Assembly (NCBI GenBank): GCA_937625935.1
Contig: OW569391.1
Span: forward strand, 1-64,000
Direction: 5' to 3'
Source: Tetramitus jugosus
Lineage: Eukaryota; Protista; Heterolobosea
Length of the DNA: 64,000 nt
Position 1 is the stretch's first letter. The number at the start of each line of letters is the position of its first letter. This document shows, piece by piece, positions 21,000 through 32,788 of this stretch. The notes beneath the pieces are model-generated. The model saw only the letters and a list, made by a program, of their open reading frames with translations. It did no database searches and was not told the DNA's origin. The position numbers and the translations under genes are program-made.

Positions 21000-22241
21000 T
21001 TATTTTGCTGGGCAACCAATGGCATCACAGACAACAGTTGGGTTGTACTTGGCCAACAAATTGTTAACAATTTGTTCGTATTGGGTGTCAACAATGGTGG
21101 AGCATGTGGCAGCTGCAACTGGAACTGGAATTCTCTGGCAAACGTTGCTCTTCAAGAATTGTTGAATATCGTCCTTCTTGGACAACAACAATGACTCAGC
21201 ATACATGACGGCAACTGGGCAAACAGAGCAGAGTCCTCCCTTTTGTTGGAAAGAGATCATAGACTGCTTTGGGCAAATCTTGATTTGTTGGCAAACCTTC
21301 TCAGGGTTGAACTTGCTGAGCAGAGTGTCAATCACTTGATCAAAGTTGGTTTGAACAATAGCAGAGCACAAGGTAACGTAGTTTGCTGGAAGAGCTTGGC
21401 AGCCTTCGTACAAGATAAAGTTCTTGATGGCTTGTCTAGTCTCATTGTTCTTCAAGTATCCATCAACAACACTGATGGCACCTTGACAAACGTTGCAAGC
21501 AACACCATTGTCACCAACAACAGCAGCTGCAGCCTTTTGGGAAGCAACAAAAGCTGGTGCAACAAAAGTCTTGTTACCACACAGTCCAACAAGAGAGCAG
21601 AGCTTATCAGGGTTATAATTGTTCAACAAGTTGTCCAAAGCAACATCAAAGTAAGTTTCAACAGCCATGGTGCAAATTGGTTGATATTGAGGTGGCAACA
21701 AGGAACATGCCTGCTTCTCAATCATTTGCTTCACTTCAGCTCTCAAAGTCGTGTTTCTCAAATAATTTTCAGCGACGGAAACGGCGAGCTTACAAGTTGC
21801 GCAACCATCGATTGCCTTGTTGTTCTTCTTTTGTTGCTGACCAGCAAATGGATTGGCCATTCCAAAAATCATTTTCTTGTTCTTCTTGGCGGCGCAAGTG
21901 TTGGAGTCGCAGAATGGGTAGACCTTGGTGCTCAACCAGCAGCAAGCTTCCTTTGGATCTTTAGTCTCAATCTTCTTCAACAAGATTGGCAAGTACATGA
22001 GAACAGCACTGGAGCAAATCATCTTGAATTGATCAGGAACCATTTGGCACAACAATTGAGCTTCTTGCTCAATTTGCTTTTCAGTAGAGTTTACAATATT
22101 TTCCAAGTAGGTGACAACGAATTGACAAGTATTGCAAATGTCAAGTTGGTTTTTCTGTTCTTGTTGTGGAGCAGCATAGGTGGCAGAAGCGACCAATAGG
22201 ATGGCTGCAACAACAATGAGTGCGAAAGCGACAAATCTCAT
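21000..22241 (-). CDS. Prosaposin/naegleriapore-like precursor with four saposin-B domains
   Basis: Signal peptide and four six-Cys units beginning C..C (CNTC, CATC, CNVC, CSVC) and ending P..vC....C. Confidence 0.93.
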   Translation of the reverse strand: MRFVAFALIVVAAILLVASATYAAPQQEQKNQLDICNTCQFVVTYLENIVNSTEKQIEQEAQLLCQMVPDQFKMICSSAVLMYLPILLKKIETKDPKEACCWLSTKVYPFCDSNTCAAKKNKKMIFGMANPFAGQQQKKNNKAIDGCATCKLAVSVAENYLRNTTLRAEVKQMIEKQACSLLPPQYQPICTMAVETYFDVALDNLLNNYNPDKLCSLVGLCGNKTFVAPAFVASQKAAAAVVGDNGVACNVCQGAISVVDGYLKNNETRQAIKNFILYEGCQALPANYVTLCSAIVQTNFDQVIDTLLSKFNPEKVCQQIKICPKQSMISFQQKGGLCSVCPVAVMYAESLLLSKKDDIQQFLKSNVCQRIPVPVAAATCSTIVDTQYEQIVNNLLAKYNPTVVCDAIGCPAK

Positions 22242-22920
22242 GATGTAATGTTAGAAAACGTTTGTTTTTTTGTTTGGATGAGGGATGGAGAAGAGAGGAA
22301 ACGTGTTTTCACTGAGATGGGGTGCTATGAGAAGCACAACAGCTAATTGGGGGATGAAGCTTCAGCAAACATTGAGCGACCAAGAAACGTGTTGGATGAC
22401 CGAGTGCCTGAAAAAATCAGAATGCCAGCGCAGCAACGTCAATTTGTTCCGCGCGCATACCCAAACGAGGTTTCGGGTATGTTTGCTGCGCAAACGTGGT
22501 CTAGGCAGATTCATTCGGCTTGGTAATCAGTGCTGCTCTCATAATTGCATACGTCAGACTTTCCAAGTCAAAAGAAATAGATTCTTCGTTGATGGTTGTT
22601 TGTGTGGATAAAAGGCGAGAAAAGTTGGTGCATGATTCACAACTTACTGGAAATCGAGTATTCGGAGTTCAGTGAGGAATAATTGTTTACCACTTAATTC
22701 CATTGCACACATCAGTACTCTTTGCCTCACCGTTACAGTGGTTAAAGGAACTTTCTCCTTGATTGTGCGACCATCATTGTCTAAATCTGCTGAATGACAA
22801 CAACAGCAATCATCATATGCAACGCTTCTGACCATTGAAACCGGTTGTGCAATCTGGATAGTCAAACATGAATCAACTATTTTGCTAGACAAGTTCAGCT
22901 ACCTTTTGTCCTCAGTTGGT

Positions 22921-24915
22921 TCATCTTTCAAAATTGAACCACCCTAAGGATGCAGTGTCAGAAGTAGCCATTTTACACTTTGTACAGCGGACAAGTGACT
23001 TTGAACGCATATCCATGACGGACAGCTGAAGCGATACAGGGGCATGCGTCAAACATTTTGAGTTCCATTCTCTATTTCTCAGGTAGAACAATATCAAGAG
23101 GTAATCAGGGTGGTTTTCATCTTGGTAAACACATTCAATTCGAGCAGAAGAATGGACACTCCCAACAGATGTCACGAAGTAGTTCGAGATAGCACTTTGA
23201 ATCGCTCCAATGTCCAGTGAGTCTATCGCAGAATCTTGATATTGTTTGATGAGATCATCAAGAACCGGATTCAGCCATAAATCGATCATACCACCTCGTA
23301 AGATGAAAGGAATACAGTTAACAGGCATCGAGCTGATTCTATTCCACGAAGCTCGAATGGTTCGCAGAGCAGGCCACAATAACAAATCTGTATCCAGATT
23401 TGCAAGCACGTTATGTGAGAGATAGACTTGTGTCAGAGCTGGCAACGACTCTAACTCATCAAAAGGCAAGCTGCTTATAGAGTTAAGGGCAAGATCAAGT
23501 ACCTTTAAATTGATTAAATGCTTCAAAATTCCACTGGGTACTTCTGTTAATTCTGTTTGGTAGATTGTCAAATGTGTCAAGTTACCTAAGAAAGCTAACT
23601 GTATAGGAACACTGTTCAGCTTATTAATCATGAGAACCAAATATCGGAGTGATGAATCCAAATTACCCAATAATCTAAAATCATTCGATTCAATTTCACT
23701 TGATTCAACAGTGAGCGACCTCAAACTTTTCATCTGACTATTCAACTTGAGTGAGCATGGTTGCTCATCGTAGTTCATTGAAAGATACTGCAGTCCATTC
23801 AAGACAACACTAGAATTCGAAAACAGTTTGTGCGTCTCTTCTGATCCTCCCAACTCAATATGCAGCTTTTGAATGCGACCCAGCGGAGCCAACAGTTGAT
23901 CGTTTGTGATTTTTGTGTTGTACACGATATGCAAATCAGCAAATCTCAAATGTTTCAACCGATCCACAAAATCAAATGCCTTCAAATCATGTAGACTAAA
24001 ACCAATGGATACCAATTGAGGGCATGCATCACATATCTCATAAAGATCATCAATTGTCAAATGGCATGAAACCAAATGCTTAAAGTACAGAGTTTCTAAA
24101 TGTTTAAACACATCCAATCTCGTTAAGGTATCGTCAATGAATGATCGAGCAGACTCTCCAATATTGAGCATTTGAACTTGCACATGTTTCAACTTGTTTG
24201 CATCCACCTTATTCATCACTCTCTGAAAGAATGAATAGTTCTTTTGCTGAGAATCATCCACCACTGTCAATCCAAAGCTACTCAAATTGCGCACAACTGT
24301 ATCACTCTCAATCAACTCCCTTAGTTCTTCATTGTCCAACGATCCCAGAACCAAATGAACATGCCTCAACTTGCTTAAATGACTCTTCATAAAATCAATG
24401 AGCAAAGATCGCTCACCACCATCAACTTGATTACCACCATCATCATCCAGCACTGTGTCCACTTGAATGCGACTGACATCACGAAACAAATGATTCAATT
24501 TTTCTCTCTTGCTTCTACTAGACTGTTCATTTTCATCAATATCATCAAGAGTATCTTCCTTGTAATAATCAGTGAGCCATTCTTTTCGAACCACGAGTTC
24601 TCTGTCCTGATAAATCACTGGAGAGTACGCCAAATGATAGCAATGTTGGTTGACCAGAGCAAAATCCTTCATAATGTCTTCAATTGACAAAAACGAAAGA
24701 ATGGAAAAAGCAATATCATAGTTTCCAAGACGATAATAATCATCAGTATCATCAGTATCATCATTTAGACTGGTCATGGTCTGAGGATGATCATCATGAT
24801 GATGATGGAAGAAGAAGGTTTGATAGACGAGATCCAACAAACGGCACGATGAAACTTGTTGTTCCTGAGAGAGATAACAAGTGTTGATCTCTTGTTGTTG
24901 ATTGTCTTCAAACAT
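22921..24915 (-). CDS. F-box/leucine-rich repeat protein (start uncertain)
   Basis: F-box-like DIAFSILSFLS...ALVN, and LRRs such as LKVLDLALNSISSLP and LTQVYLSHNVL. Confidence 0.85.
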   Translation of the reverse strand: MFEDNQQQEINTCYLSQEQQVSSCRLLDLVYQTFFFHHHHDDHPQTMTSLNDDTDDTDDYYRLGNYDIAFSILSFLSIEDIMKDFALVNQHCYHLAYSPVIYQDRELVVRKEWLTDYYKEDTLDDIDENEQSSRSKREKLNHLFRDVSRIQVDTVLDDDGGNQVDGGERSLLIDFMKSHLSKLRHVHLVLGSLDNEELRELIESDTVVRNLSSFGLTVVDDSQQKNYSFFQRVMNKVDANKLKHVQVQMLNIGESARSFIDDTLTRLDVFKHLETLYFKHLVSCHLTIDDLYEICDACPQLVSIGFSLHDLKAFDFVDRLKHLRFADLHIVYNTKITNDQLLAPLGRIQKLHIELGGSEETHKLFSNSSVVLNGLQYLSMNYDEQPCSLKLNSQMKSLRSLTVESSEIESNDFRLLGNLDSSLRYLVLMINKLNSVPIQLAFLGNLTHLTIYQTELTEVPSGILKHLINLKVLDLALNSISSLPFDELESLPALTQVYLSHNVLANLDTDLLLWPALRTIRASWNRISSMPVNCIPFILRGGMIDLWLNPVLDDLIKQYQDSAIDSLDIGAIQSAISNYFVTSVGSVHSSARIECVYQDENHPDYLLILFYLRNREWNSKCLTHAPVSLQLSVMDMRSKSLVRCTKCKMATSDTASLGWFNFER

Positions 24916-24995
24916 CTTGTTTTTTCCTCCTTGGCAGAGGAAACAAAAAAATCGGTCAAGAATTTTGGGGAACAACAGAACCTAAAAGACAAAAC

Positions 24996-25917
24996 ATGAC
25001 AAAGAGGCAAAGAACTATCCCTGATGAAACACCATTGAACCAACAACCAAGTCTGCAAGCACTTCCTAGTGAGCTCATTGAGATCATACTGGACTTCATA
25101 CCCAACATGGATGATGAAAAAGCAAAGAATAAAGGAGAGCATGTTCGTCTTAAGCTCTCACCCATTGTCAGTTTTGGGGTGACTTGTCAAGTGTTTTACA
25201 AGGCTTTTCAACGACATCCAAGAAGTTTTTACTTTCAATTGAGAAGTCAGTTGCCAAAGGTGATTGAGTACCATGAACAATCGCTCGGCTATGTCAAATC
25301 ATTGAAAAAGTTGATCAAGAAGCACGAAGAGAAACTGACTCTTCAGATTGAGCTGGACCAGCGCAGGAGATTCATTCTCTGTGACATTGATTTGAAGCTT
25401 CAAAACCAACCAATAAAATGAACTCAGAATCTTTAACAATAACACTTGCAAATAATAGAGTTTTGGAAGAACTTCAATTAAATAGCGACATTACAAGCAT
25501 TGAGAGAACCAAATCTCTCTTGAGAGATTTCTCAAGACTTCATTGAACCAACTGACAGCAGGATGCCAGTTCGGCTCGCGATTTTCTGTCAACCAGAATG
25601 GAGTGAGATTGACCAAACCAATGAGACAAATCATTTGGAACAACTTGTTTCAAAAGGTGAGATACAGCCGTATCAAGGTCAGTAGAGCGGATTATCACTA
25701 CAATTATGAAGCAACGGTTCATGTGAGTGATAATCTGGAGATGACACATTGGGCATATGATGACGAAGGATGCAGCCCTCAATGGAACATTTGTGTCAGT
25801 GAAGCACAAGAAGATGAAGATTTTCTTCGTGTAGTCGTTTATCAAAAAGATGTTGTTTCATACTCGACTTTTGCCCTGAAATTCATTCGATCTCGCTTAG
25901 AGCTGGATGAATGCTAA
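24996..25917 (+). pseudogene. F-box-like gene apparently split over three frames (24996-25421, 25418-25546, 25504-25917)
   Basis: N-terminal LQALPSELIEIILDF, followed by consecutive overlapping open frames. Confidence 0.5.
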
Positions 25918-26262
25918 CAGATGAAGAGTTAGTGAAATTACTGGTACTATCTCTCCCGTGGAATTGGGGAAGGAACTGCGTCGTTATGAGGGATAAGATG
26001 AAGGTACACGAACATTTGCACTTTTTGTAGTAACGTATGCAAAAGAGCTTTGTCCTGATTGTGTGACATGAGTGGCCTCCTTTTTGTAATAACGTATGCA
26101 GTTTCCATCTGTAATGTGTCAGCTTCTTTGCTGCCTGGCAGAGCTTTCCAACACGAGGCTGGATCATGAGAAGGTGACACAATGCGTTTTGGCAATTGCA
26201 CCAACCCCAGCATTTTTAATTTGGTAGTTGGGTGTGCGTTGGTCCACAACATCCAAACAAAA

Positions 26263-27384
26263 ATGGCGCACCCTTCCGTAACACTACCCCGCGATGTTGA
26301 GGACAATCGTTTCATTCAATCCTTCTCCCTCACAGAACAAGAAGATGAGTACAAACAATTCTTTGAGCAGTATGGTTTTGTTGTCATCAGAAATGCACTC
26401 GATCAGCAAGACATTGACCAAACTTTGAGCGATATCTGGAATACCATCACCTCTCCTCCACCTCAGAATGTATCTTGTAGTTCGTTTGAAGAATGGGCAG
26501 CTTCGTCGGAAGAACAAAATGAAAGTAGTAACAAAGTAGATAAGGATGATCCCAACACGTGGACAAATGAACATGGATGGCCATGCTTCTCTCATGTGGG
26601 GCTACTGGGTTTAGATGTGGCTACAGAAGCAAGTGCATTTAGGAACAGACAAAACCCAAATGTTTACCAAGCCTATTCAAAGATTCTAGGGACTGAAGAA
26701 TTGTTCGTGTCCGTGGATCGATTCGGTGTCATGCGTCCCACGACTCAAGTACTGCAGAAGGATGGAGTGTCTCGTGTTGATTATCCGGAATATGGCACGG
26801 AGGAAAAGTGGTTACATTGGGATTTGAATCCTTGGAAACTGTTACCCAAGAATGCTGAGACAACCAATACAGAAGTCTCCGATTATGAAATTGATATTCG
26901 TGATCCTGGATTCTTCATTACCGAGAATAATGACACTAGCTTTTTACCTCCCTATTTTAAAGTGCAAGGTCTAGTGGCACTAACTGATTGTACTGAAGAT
27001 GATGGAGGCTTTCTTTGTGTTCCATTCTTCCAGAAGGAGATTAATCAATGGGCTGAGGCCAACGAAGGGCTCTATGAGAGAAAGAAAGACAAAACTTATG
27101 TCAGTGTGCCATCAAATGATTCCATTGTTGAAAGAGCCGTCAAGATTCCAATCCGAACAGGTAGCTTGTTGATCTGGGACTCAAGACTCCCACATTGCAA
27201 CTTTCCAAACCATTCTGACAAGTTTAGAATTGTCCAGTACATCAAGATGTTTCCTATCATGAATAAGGGCGAAAAGTTCCTGGCAAGCAGAAGCAGATTG
27301 CTTCAAAAATTAATGACCAAGTCAAGTTTTACACCAACAGATCTTGGAAGGCAATTATTCGGTTTGAATATTGATCCAAGATAG
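26263..27384 (+). CDS. Fe(II)/2-oxoglutarate dioxygenase, PhyH family
   Basis: FFEQYGFVVI, LHWD (HxD), VQGLVALTD...GGF, GSLLIWDSRLPH and distal R. Confidence 0.9.
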   Translation: MAHPSVTLPRDVEDNRFIQSFSLTEQEDEYKQFFEQYGFVVIRNALDQQDIDQTLSDIWNTITSPPPQNVSCSSFEEWAASSEEQNESSNKVDKDDPNTWTNEHGWPCFSHVGLLGLDVATEASAFRNRQNPNVYQAYSKILGTEELFVSVDRFGVMRPTTQVLQKDGVSRVDYPEYGTEEKWLHWDLNPWKLLPKNAETTNTEVSDYEIDIRDPGFFITENNDTSFLPPYFKVQGLVALTDCTEDDGGFLCVPFFQKEINQWAEANEGLYERKKDKTYVSVPSNDSIVERAVKIPIRTGSLLIWDSRLPHCNFPNHSDKFRIVQYIKMFPIMNKGEKFLASRSRLLQKLMTKSSFTPTDLGRQLFGLNIDPR

Positions 27385-29033
27385 AGTTGATAACTTAGAA
27401 GCACTCCATTAGAGAGAATGAACCAATGATAAAGGATACTTTTCCAAATTATCGACGCAAGAACACCACAAATAACAACACATGAACAACTCTAACCAAT
27501 TTTCACAGTAGATTCATGCATAACATTTATTCCCCTTGGCAATGCTTTCAACAAGTTTACTTGGTTCTATGCTCCTGTTTCCGAAGTACTAACGCTTTTT
27601 CTTGGGATTGCGGTATCCGATCTATCATTGGCCTCATGCGATCGTTAGCGGAATTCGCTCCATCCATTAATTTAAGAAGTCAAAGAATGCAAAAGCCTAC
27701 ATTACTGAGGGTTCTCGAGTAGTCTCCTATCTCAATACTAACTCAGCCAGATGGTGCTTAACTTCTCTATTCGAAATGGGAAGAGGTGGTTCCACCATTG
27801 TATGAACGTAGACATTAGATATTGTTTGTTGTGGTATTTGGCGCCGGAGGCCGAAAAGAGGATGTATTGATGAAGGAGCTGGTTGTATATGGTCGCAAGA
27901 AGAGGGAAACAAAGGTTAAAAGGCTGGTGAATGCAATGAAGAGGTCTTGCATCAAACGGTTACATAAAGTCTGGAGAGACTCAGTAGCGAAGAGATGTGA
28001 ACAATAGCTCAGAACCTGCGGTTCTGAGCGACAACACGTCTCACTGTAGTGTATAGAATAAAGACAAGGAATTAAAGTTGGAATTTTTGAATAAACCATG
28101 CATATCTCATCACTAAACACTCACGATGAACAAGCGAATAGAGAATGGTTCAAGCAAAACAGTAAGTTGACCGGAGGACGGAGAAATATCTACGGTAGTT
28201 GATTTCGCTCTCCATACAAAAAACAAAGAGAAGAGTCGCAAAAGAATACAAAAAATAAGATAACCAAGAATCGCTCAAGAAACTTAACCTACAGGATTCT
28301 TCAAAGAAGACTCTTAAAATCAATCAATCATCAAACGATCAGCTCAACAACAACTGAACCAATAGGCACCCAAGAAGAACAAGAAGCTCAAGAAGTTGTT
28401 CATCAAGACTCTCAAGACACCATGGCAAGCTCAGAGTCCAATCTACTACTGGAAAGCAGTCTGGAGGTCAAGTAAGAGACTCAAAGCTTTATCTCTCCAC
28501 TCACCAAAGATTCCTCTTCTGATGGTGATAGTGTTGTTCAACTACCTACAACAAGAAGTTCTAGAGCTACAGAAGATAGTAGACGAACAGAGAGTGTGGT
28601 TGCCACAGAGATTGGAATCAATCTTACTGAGAAGTCTTACTGTCTCCCACGTTGTCTAGTGCCAGGTAGGACTCCTCTCCCTGAATCCATTGTGCGTCTC
28701 TTTTGTGCTGTGGCCAAAGCCCTCTTCAAAGAAATTGACTGCCGAGAGAACCAAGAACAAGCACTGAACAGGAGAAAAACAATAGAGAAAGAGATGAAGT
28801 TTTGTAGTTGCCGATACTATCCGTTTGGCTTTCACAGCATCCAAGGGATGATTCTCGCGATTTTTGTTGGAGCGTTCAGCAAAACCACTTTCGTCAACAT
28901 CATTTGTCACACTGAGACGAATCTCTTCATTTCACACCATTTTAATACATGAACTCATGCAGCAAGGATTTCGTTGCCACTCAACAACCAACAAAAAACT
29001 CAAACATTGTAGCAAACTGCCGTGAAGAAGAAG

Positions 29034-31967
29034 ATGGTAAAATCTCTAATTTCCTCCTCTATTCTTTTTCTCTTATTCATTCTGAGTTGTTGTTGTTGGG
29101 CCAGTGGTGTCGTTGGCATGACCCCTACATTCGTTTTTACCACAGGCTCCAACGACCATGCCCAACGTGGTACGGCCCAACCAACAATGGCCCCTAGTCG
29201 GGTCGATCCACCTCTCAGACGAGTGGACGTCAAAAAAGTTTCTGCTGGTAACAAGTTTACGTTGGCTCTGACCGTTGACGGAGAAGTGTATGGCTGGGGT
29301 GAGAATTCACAATATCAACTAGGGCTACAACATAATACGTCTCTCATAACAGTTCCTACACTTTTGGATCAGTTGAGTGGTATAACCATTATTGATATTG
29401 CCGCATGCAATACTCATTCTTTGGCTGTTGATGCTGATTCAATTGTCTACACCTGGGGTAGTAATTTTAACCAGAGTGGTACGGAAGAGAACGTGTTGGG
29501 AACTGATGCTGTGATTCATAAAATTCCAGTAGCGTTGGACTCCTTTGACTCCTCAATCGAAAGTGTCGAGTGTGGTGACAAGCATTCGATTGCTCGTGCA
29601 GCATCTGGTTCAGTGTACACTTGGGGATCTAATGAGTTTGGCACTCTGGGTAGGGATAGTACAAACAGTAATATTCCAGTGGAGATTCCTGCATTCTCAG
29701 CCTCCGTGGTTCAATCCGGTAGTTATCATGTCATTGCCATGTCAACAGATGGCGACGTGTATGTTTGGGGTCTCAATGATAAAGGTCAGACCAATTCTAG
29801 TCTAGAATCGACCCCTGTACCAACTCTTGTTGTGTTCGACGATACTGTGTCGAGTGTGTCTGCTGGTGTGAGTTCGAGTTATGCTGTGATGGCTGATGGC
29901 AGGGCGTATGCATGGGGTAACAATGATGCAGGTCAATTATGTGCGACATCATGGACCAGCACATCTGTGCCAACACAAATGACTCTCTCACACAACGTTA
30001 GTGCTCTATTCTCTGGTCACTCATCTCGCTCTGTGATAATTTTAGATGACAGTTACACTTCGTACGTGTGTGGGGACAACTCAAACTTTATCTATGGATC
30101 CTCTGCGACCAACATATCTATACCAATGATGGTTCAACCTACTCCAGGAATTGTGTCTATGTTTGCTTCCATTGGTGAGAAACATGCTGCTATTCTAGCA
30201 AGAGGATTGTCTTGTTATGGAGAGTACGCTGTTGATAGGAACACTGTTTGTGGTGGTCATGGTAATTGTACGAACTACGACCGGTGCGAATGTTCGGCAG
30301 GATGGGCTCAGCCAAATTGCACAGAGCCAATCTGTTTTTCTGAGCAGGGAGTTTCAGCATGTTCTGGAAATGGAACTTGTGTTGCACCTGATCAATGTGC
30401 CTGCTCAACTTCCTATGGAGGTTCTCAATGCGAATTCCCAAAGTGCTCAGGCATTTTGTCAAATGAATCTTCCTCAGTCTGCAGTGGCCACGGATTATGT
30501 GTTAGCCCAGATGTATGTTCTTGTAACAGTAACTACACTGGTTCAAATTGTCAGTATCCAAAGTGTTTTGGCACAGGTTCAAATGATGCACTAGTTTGTA
30601 GCTCGCACGGAACATGCTATGCACCTGATAGGTGCAATTGTTCTTCTGGCTACTCTGGATCAAACTGTTCGCTTCCTGTATGCTATGGATATTCTAGCAC
30701 TGACAGTGCTCATGTCTGCAGTGGTCATGGTTCATGTATCGCTCCAAACACATGCCAGTGTGATGGTGATTACATTGGAAGTAAGTGTTCTATTGTACAA
30801 TGCGATGGAATCAATTCTACAGATATTACTGTATGCTCTGGTCATGGTACATGCGTTGCCAAGGATACCTGTAACTGTAACTCTTCCTACGCTGGGGATT
30901 CTTGTGAGATTCCTAAATGTTATGGATTATCTGCAGATGATCCATCGGTCTGTGGCTCAGGAGTCAACGGAACTTGTGTTGCACCAAACAATTGCACCTG
31001 TCTCCTTACGACCGTGAATGGTGTTTGTAAGCGAGTCGAGTGCTTTGGTTTCAACTCCACCGATAGCGATGCTTGTTCTTCAAACGGTCGTTGCGTCGAT
31101 ACAGATACATGTGTATGCGACCAAGGTTTTGGAGGAAACCAATGTGAACTGTTTAAGTGCAATGGTTTGCTGGAGACAAATAATCTAGTGTGTAACTCGA
31201 GAGGAAACTGCACGAACACTAATTTCTGTACTTGTGACTCCAAGTATGCAGGATCGGATTGTCAATACAACATTTGTTTCGGTCATCCTGAAAATAACCA
31301 ACAAGTATGTTCTGGCAAGGGATCTTGTATTGACTATAATCTCTGTGACTGTCAAACTGGATATGCCGGTCAAGATTGTGCCATTCCTCTGTGTTTTGGC
31401 AAGAATAGCACTGATATTGAAGTTTGTTCAGGTAATGGTATCTGTCAAGCTAAGGACACATGTGCCTGTAACACTACTTACGCTGGAAATGAGTGCCAAT
31501 ATCCAAAATGTTTCAACGTCTCAGCGAATGCAACTGACTCTGTCTGCTCTGGACATGGACACTGCAGTTCGCCAGATGTTTGTGACTGTGAAAACGGATA
31601 CCTAGGAGTTGAGTGTGATATTATTCTCTGCAATGACACAATGTCCAACGATACCTCGGTCTGTTCTGGTAAAGGACAATGCACCCAGCATAATGTTTGT
31701 CTGTGTAACTCAGGTTACTCTGGTGCCAGCTGTCAAATCTTTACACCAAACAAGCAAATCAGCAAGAACTCGAGCAGCGGATGGAAGATTGGTGTTGGAG
31801 TTGGAGTTGGTGTGGGTGGCTTCTTGCTTCTTCTCCTGCTGGTTCTTGTTGTTGTTGTCATCATTTCTCTGGTTGTAACACTCAAAGCAAAGAAGCCTAA
31901 AGCTTTTGATGTCAATAATGCTGCTTTTACTGCCAATATGGATGAGATTGAGCTCAGAGGTATCTAA
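29034..31967 (+). CDS. Type I membrane protein: signal peptide, RCC1 repeats, tandem EGF-like repeats, transmembrane helix, short tail
   Basis: VYGWGENSQYQLG-type RCC1 repeats, many CSGHG.C..PD.C.C...Y.G..C units, hydrophobic segment near the C-terminus. Confidence 0.93.
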   Translation: MVKSLISSSILFLLFILSCCCWASGVVGMTPTFVFTTGSNDHAQRGTAQPTMAPSRVDPPLRRVDVKKVSAGNKFTLALTVDGEVYGWGENSQYQLGLQHNTSLITVPTLLDQLSGITIIDIAACNTHSLAVDADSIVYTWGSNFNQSGTEENVLGTDAVIHKIPVALDSFDSSIESVECGDKHSIARAASGSVYTWGSNEFGTLGRDSTNSNIPVEIPAFSASVVQSGSYHVIAMSTDGDVYVWGLNDKGQTNSSLESTPVPTLVVFDDTVSSVSAGVSSSYAVMADGRAYAWGNNDAGQLCATSWTSTSVPTQMTLSHNVSALFSGHSSRSVIILDDSYTSYVCGDNSNFIYGSSATNISIPMMVQPTPGIVSMFASIGEKHAAILARGLSCYGEYAVDRNTVCGGHGNCTNYDRCECSAGWAQPNCTEPICFSEQGVSACSGNGTCVAPDQCACSTSYGGSQCEFPKCSGILSNESSSVCSGHGLCVSPDVCSCNSNYTGSNCQYPKCFGTGSNDALVCSSHGTCYAPDRCNCSSGYSGSNCSLPVCYGYSSTDSAHVCSGHGSCIAPNTCQCDGDYIGSKCSIVQCDGINSTDITVCSGHGTCVAKDTCNCNSSYAGDSCEIPKCYGLSADDPSVCGSGVNGTCVAPNNCTCLLTTVNGVCKRVECFGFNSTDSDACSSNGRCVDTDTCVCDQGFGGNQCELFKCNGLLETNNLVCNSRGNCTNTNFCTCDSKYAGSDCQYNICFGHPENNQQVCSGKGSCIDYNLCDCQTGYAGQDCAIPLCFGKNSTDIEVCSGNGICQAKDTCACNTTYAGNECQYPKCFNVSANATDSVCSGHGHCSSPDVCDCENGYLGVECDIILCNDTMSNDTSVCSGKGQCTQHNVCLCNSGYSGASCQIFTPNKQISKNSSSGWKIGVGVGVGVGGFLLLLLLVLVVVVIISLVVTLKAKKPKAFDVNNAAFTANMDEIELRGI

Positions 31968-32207
31968 ACGGAAACTTACTCTTACTTGTAACAACATAAC
32001 AACAAGACAGTCAATCCATTACTGTCCATTTTTGATCATAAAGAAACAATTTACGCAACTTTATATTATGGATCACACAACAACCCGATTCAAATGATCT
32101 CCAATAACACACCCCATCACAACAACAAGCGAAAGAAAATGATGTGTCGCAAAAGTAAAAAAAGCTAATCGGTCGTCGTATGTTAAAAAATGAAGAGTTT
32201 GTATATT

Positions 32208-32534
32208 TTAGAGAGGGATGGATCCTAGACCAGAAAGACCACCAAGAGGAACAGGAGGAGCTTCAACAATAGCAAGATTTGGAGGATTTGCGTGTTGTAG
32301 CTTCACACCATATGCCAAACCAATCACTTGAGCCAATCGTAACCTTTCATCATCACTTGCCATTTGCAATGGGATGCTCACCAACAAGACTGATGTTCCA
32401 ATAATCCATAGAGTGCTTCCAAACCAGCTTCCTGCTGATTTTGCGACTTGAACAGTGCTGTTTGTGGTGTCTTGTGATGGAATCAACTTGCCAACAAATG
32501 GAATTTTGCGCAGAGTATTCAAAAGGGCGTTCAT
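32208..32534 (-). CDS. TOM22: Mitochondrial import receptor Tom22 (short Tom9-like form)
   Basis: LWIIGTSVLLVSIPL..ASDDE matches the Tom22 transmembrane motif W...T..L....P. No acidic N-terminal domain. Confidence 0.7.
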   Translation of the reverse strand: MNALLNTLRKIPFVGKLIPSQDTTNSTVQVAKSAGSWFGSTLWIIGTSVLLVSIPLQMASDDERLRLAQVIGLAYGVKLQHANPPNLAIVEAPPVPLGGLSGLGSIPL

Positions 32535-32788
32535 TGTTTGATAGATGGTTGTTGGTTGTTGTTGTTGTTTGATAGATCGGTATTACTTTTTTTGTGTTGT
32601 TCAATGTGTGATAAAAAATTCAAATTTTGCCGGCATTTACAAAGCTGCAGTGTTCTTCCTACTGTCGCAGAATCTAGTCGGCCAATTATTCGCAGTATTT
32701 TCTCCGTGATCGCGAAAGAAGAAGAATTTTTTCACAATCAAATATTATTCAAACAAAGAACAAACAAACAACATCAACAACCAACAAC

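Noticed and set aside
21243-22199. 318-aa ORF on the + strand
   Set aside because: Antisense shadow of the saposin gene caused by codon bias. No ATG start and no motifs.
27400-29000. Several short ORFs between the PhyH and RCC1-EGF genes
   Set aside because: Fragmentary frames with stops and no identifiable family; possibly a decayed gene, but not supportable.
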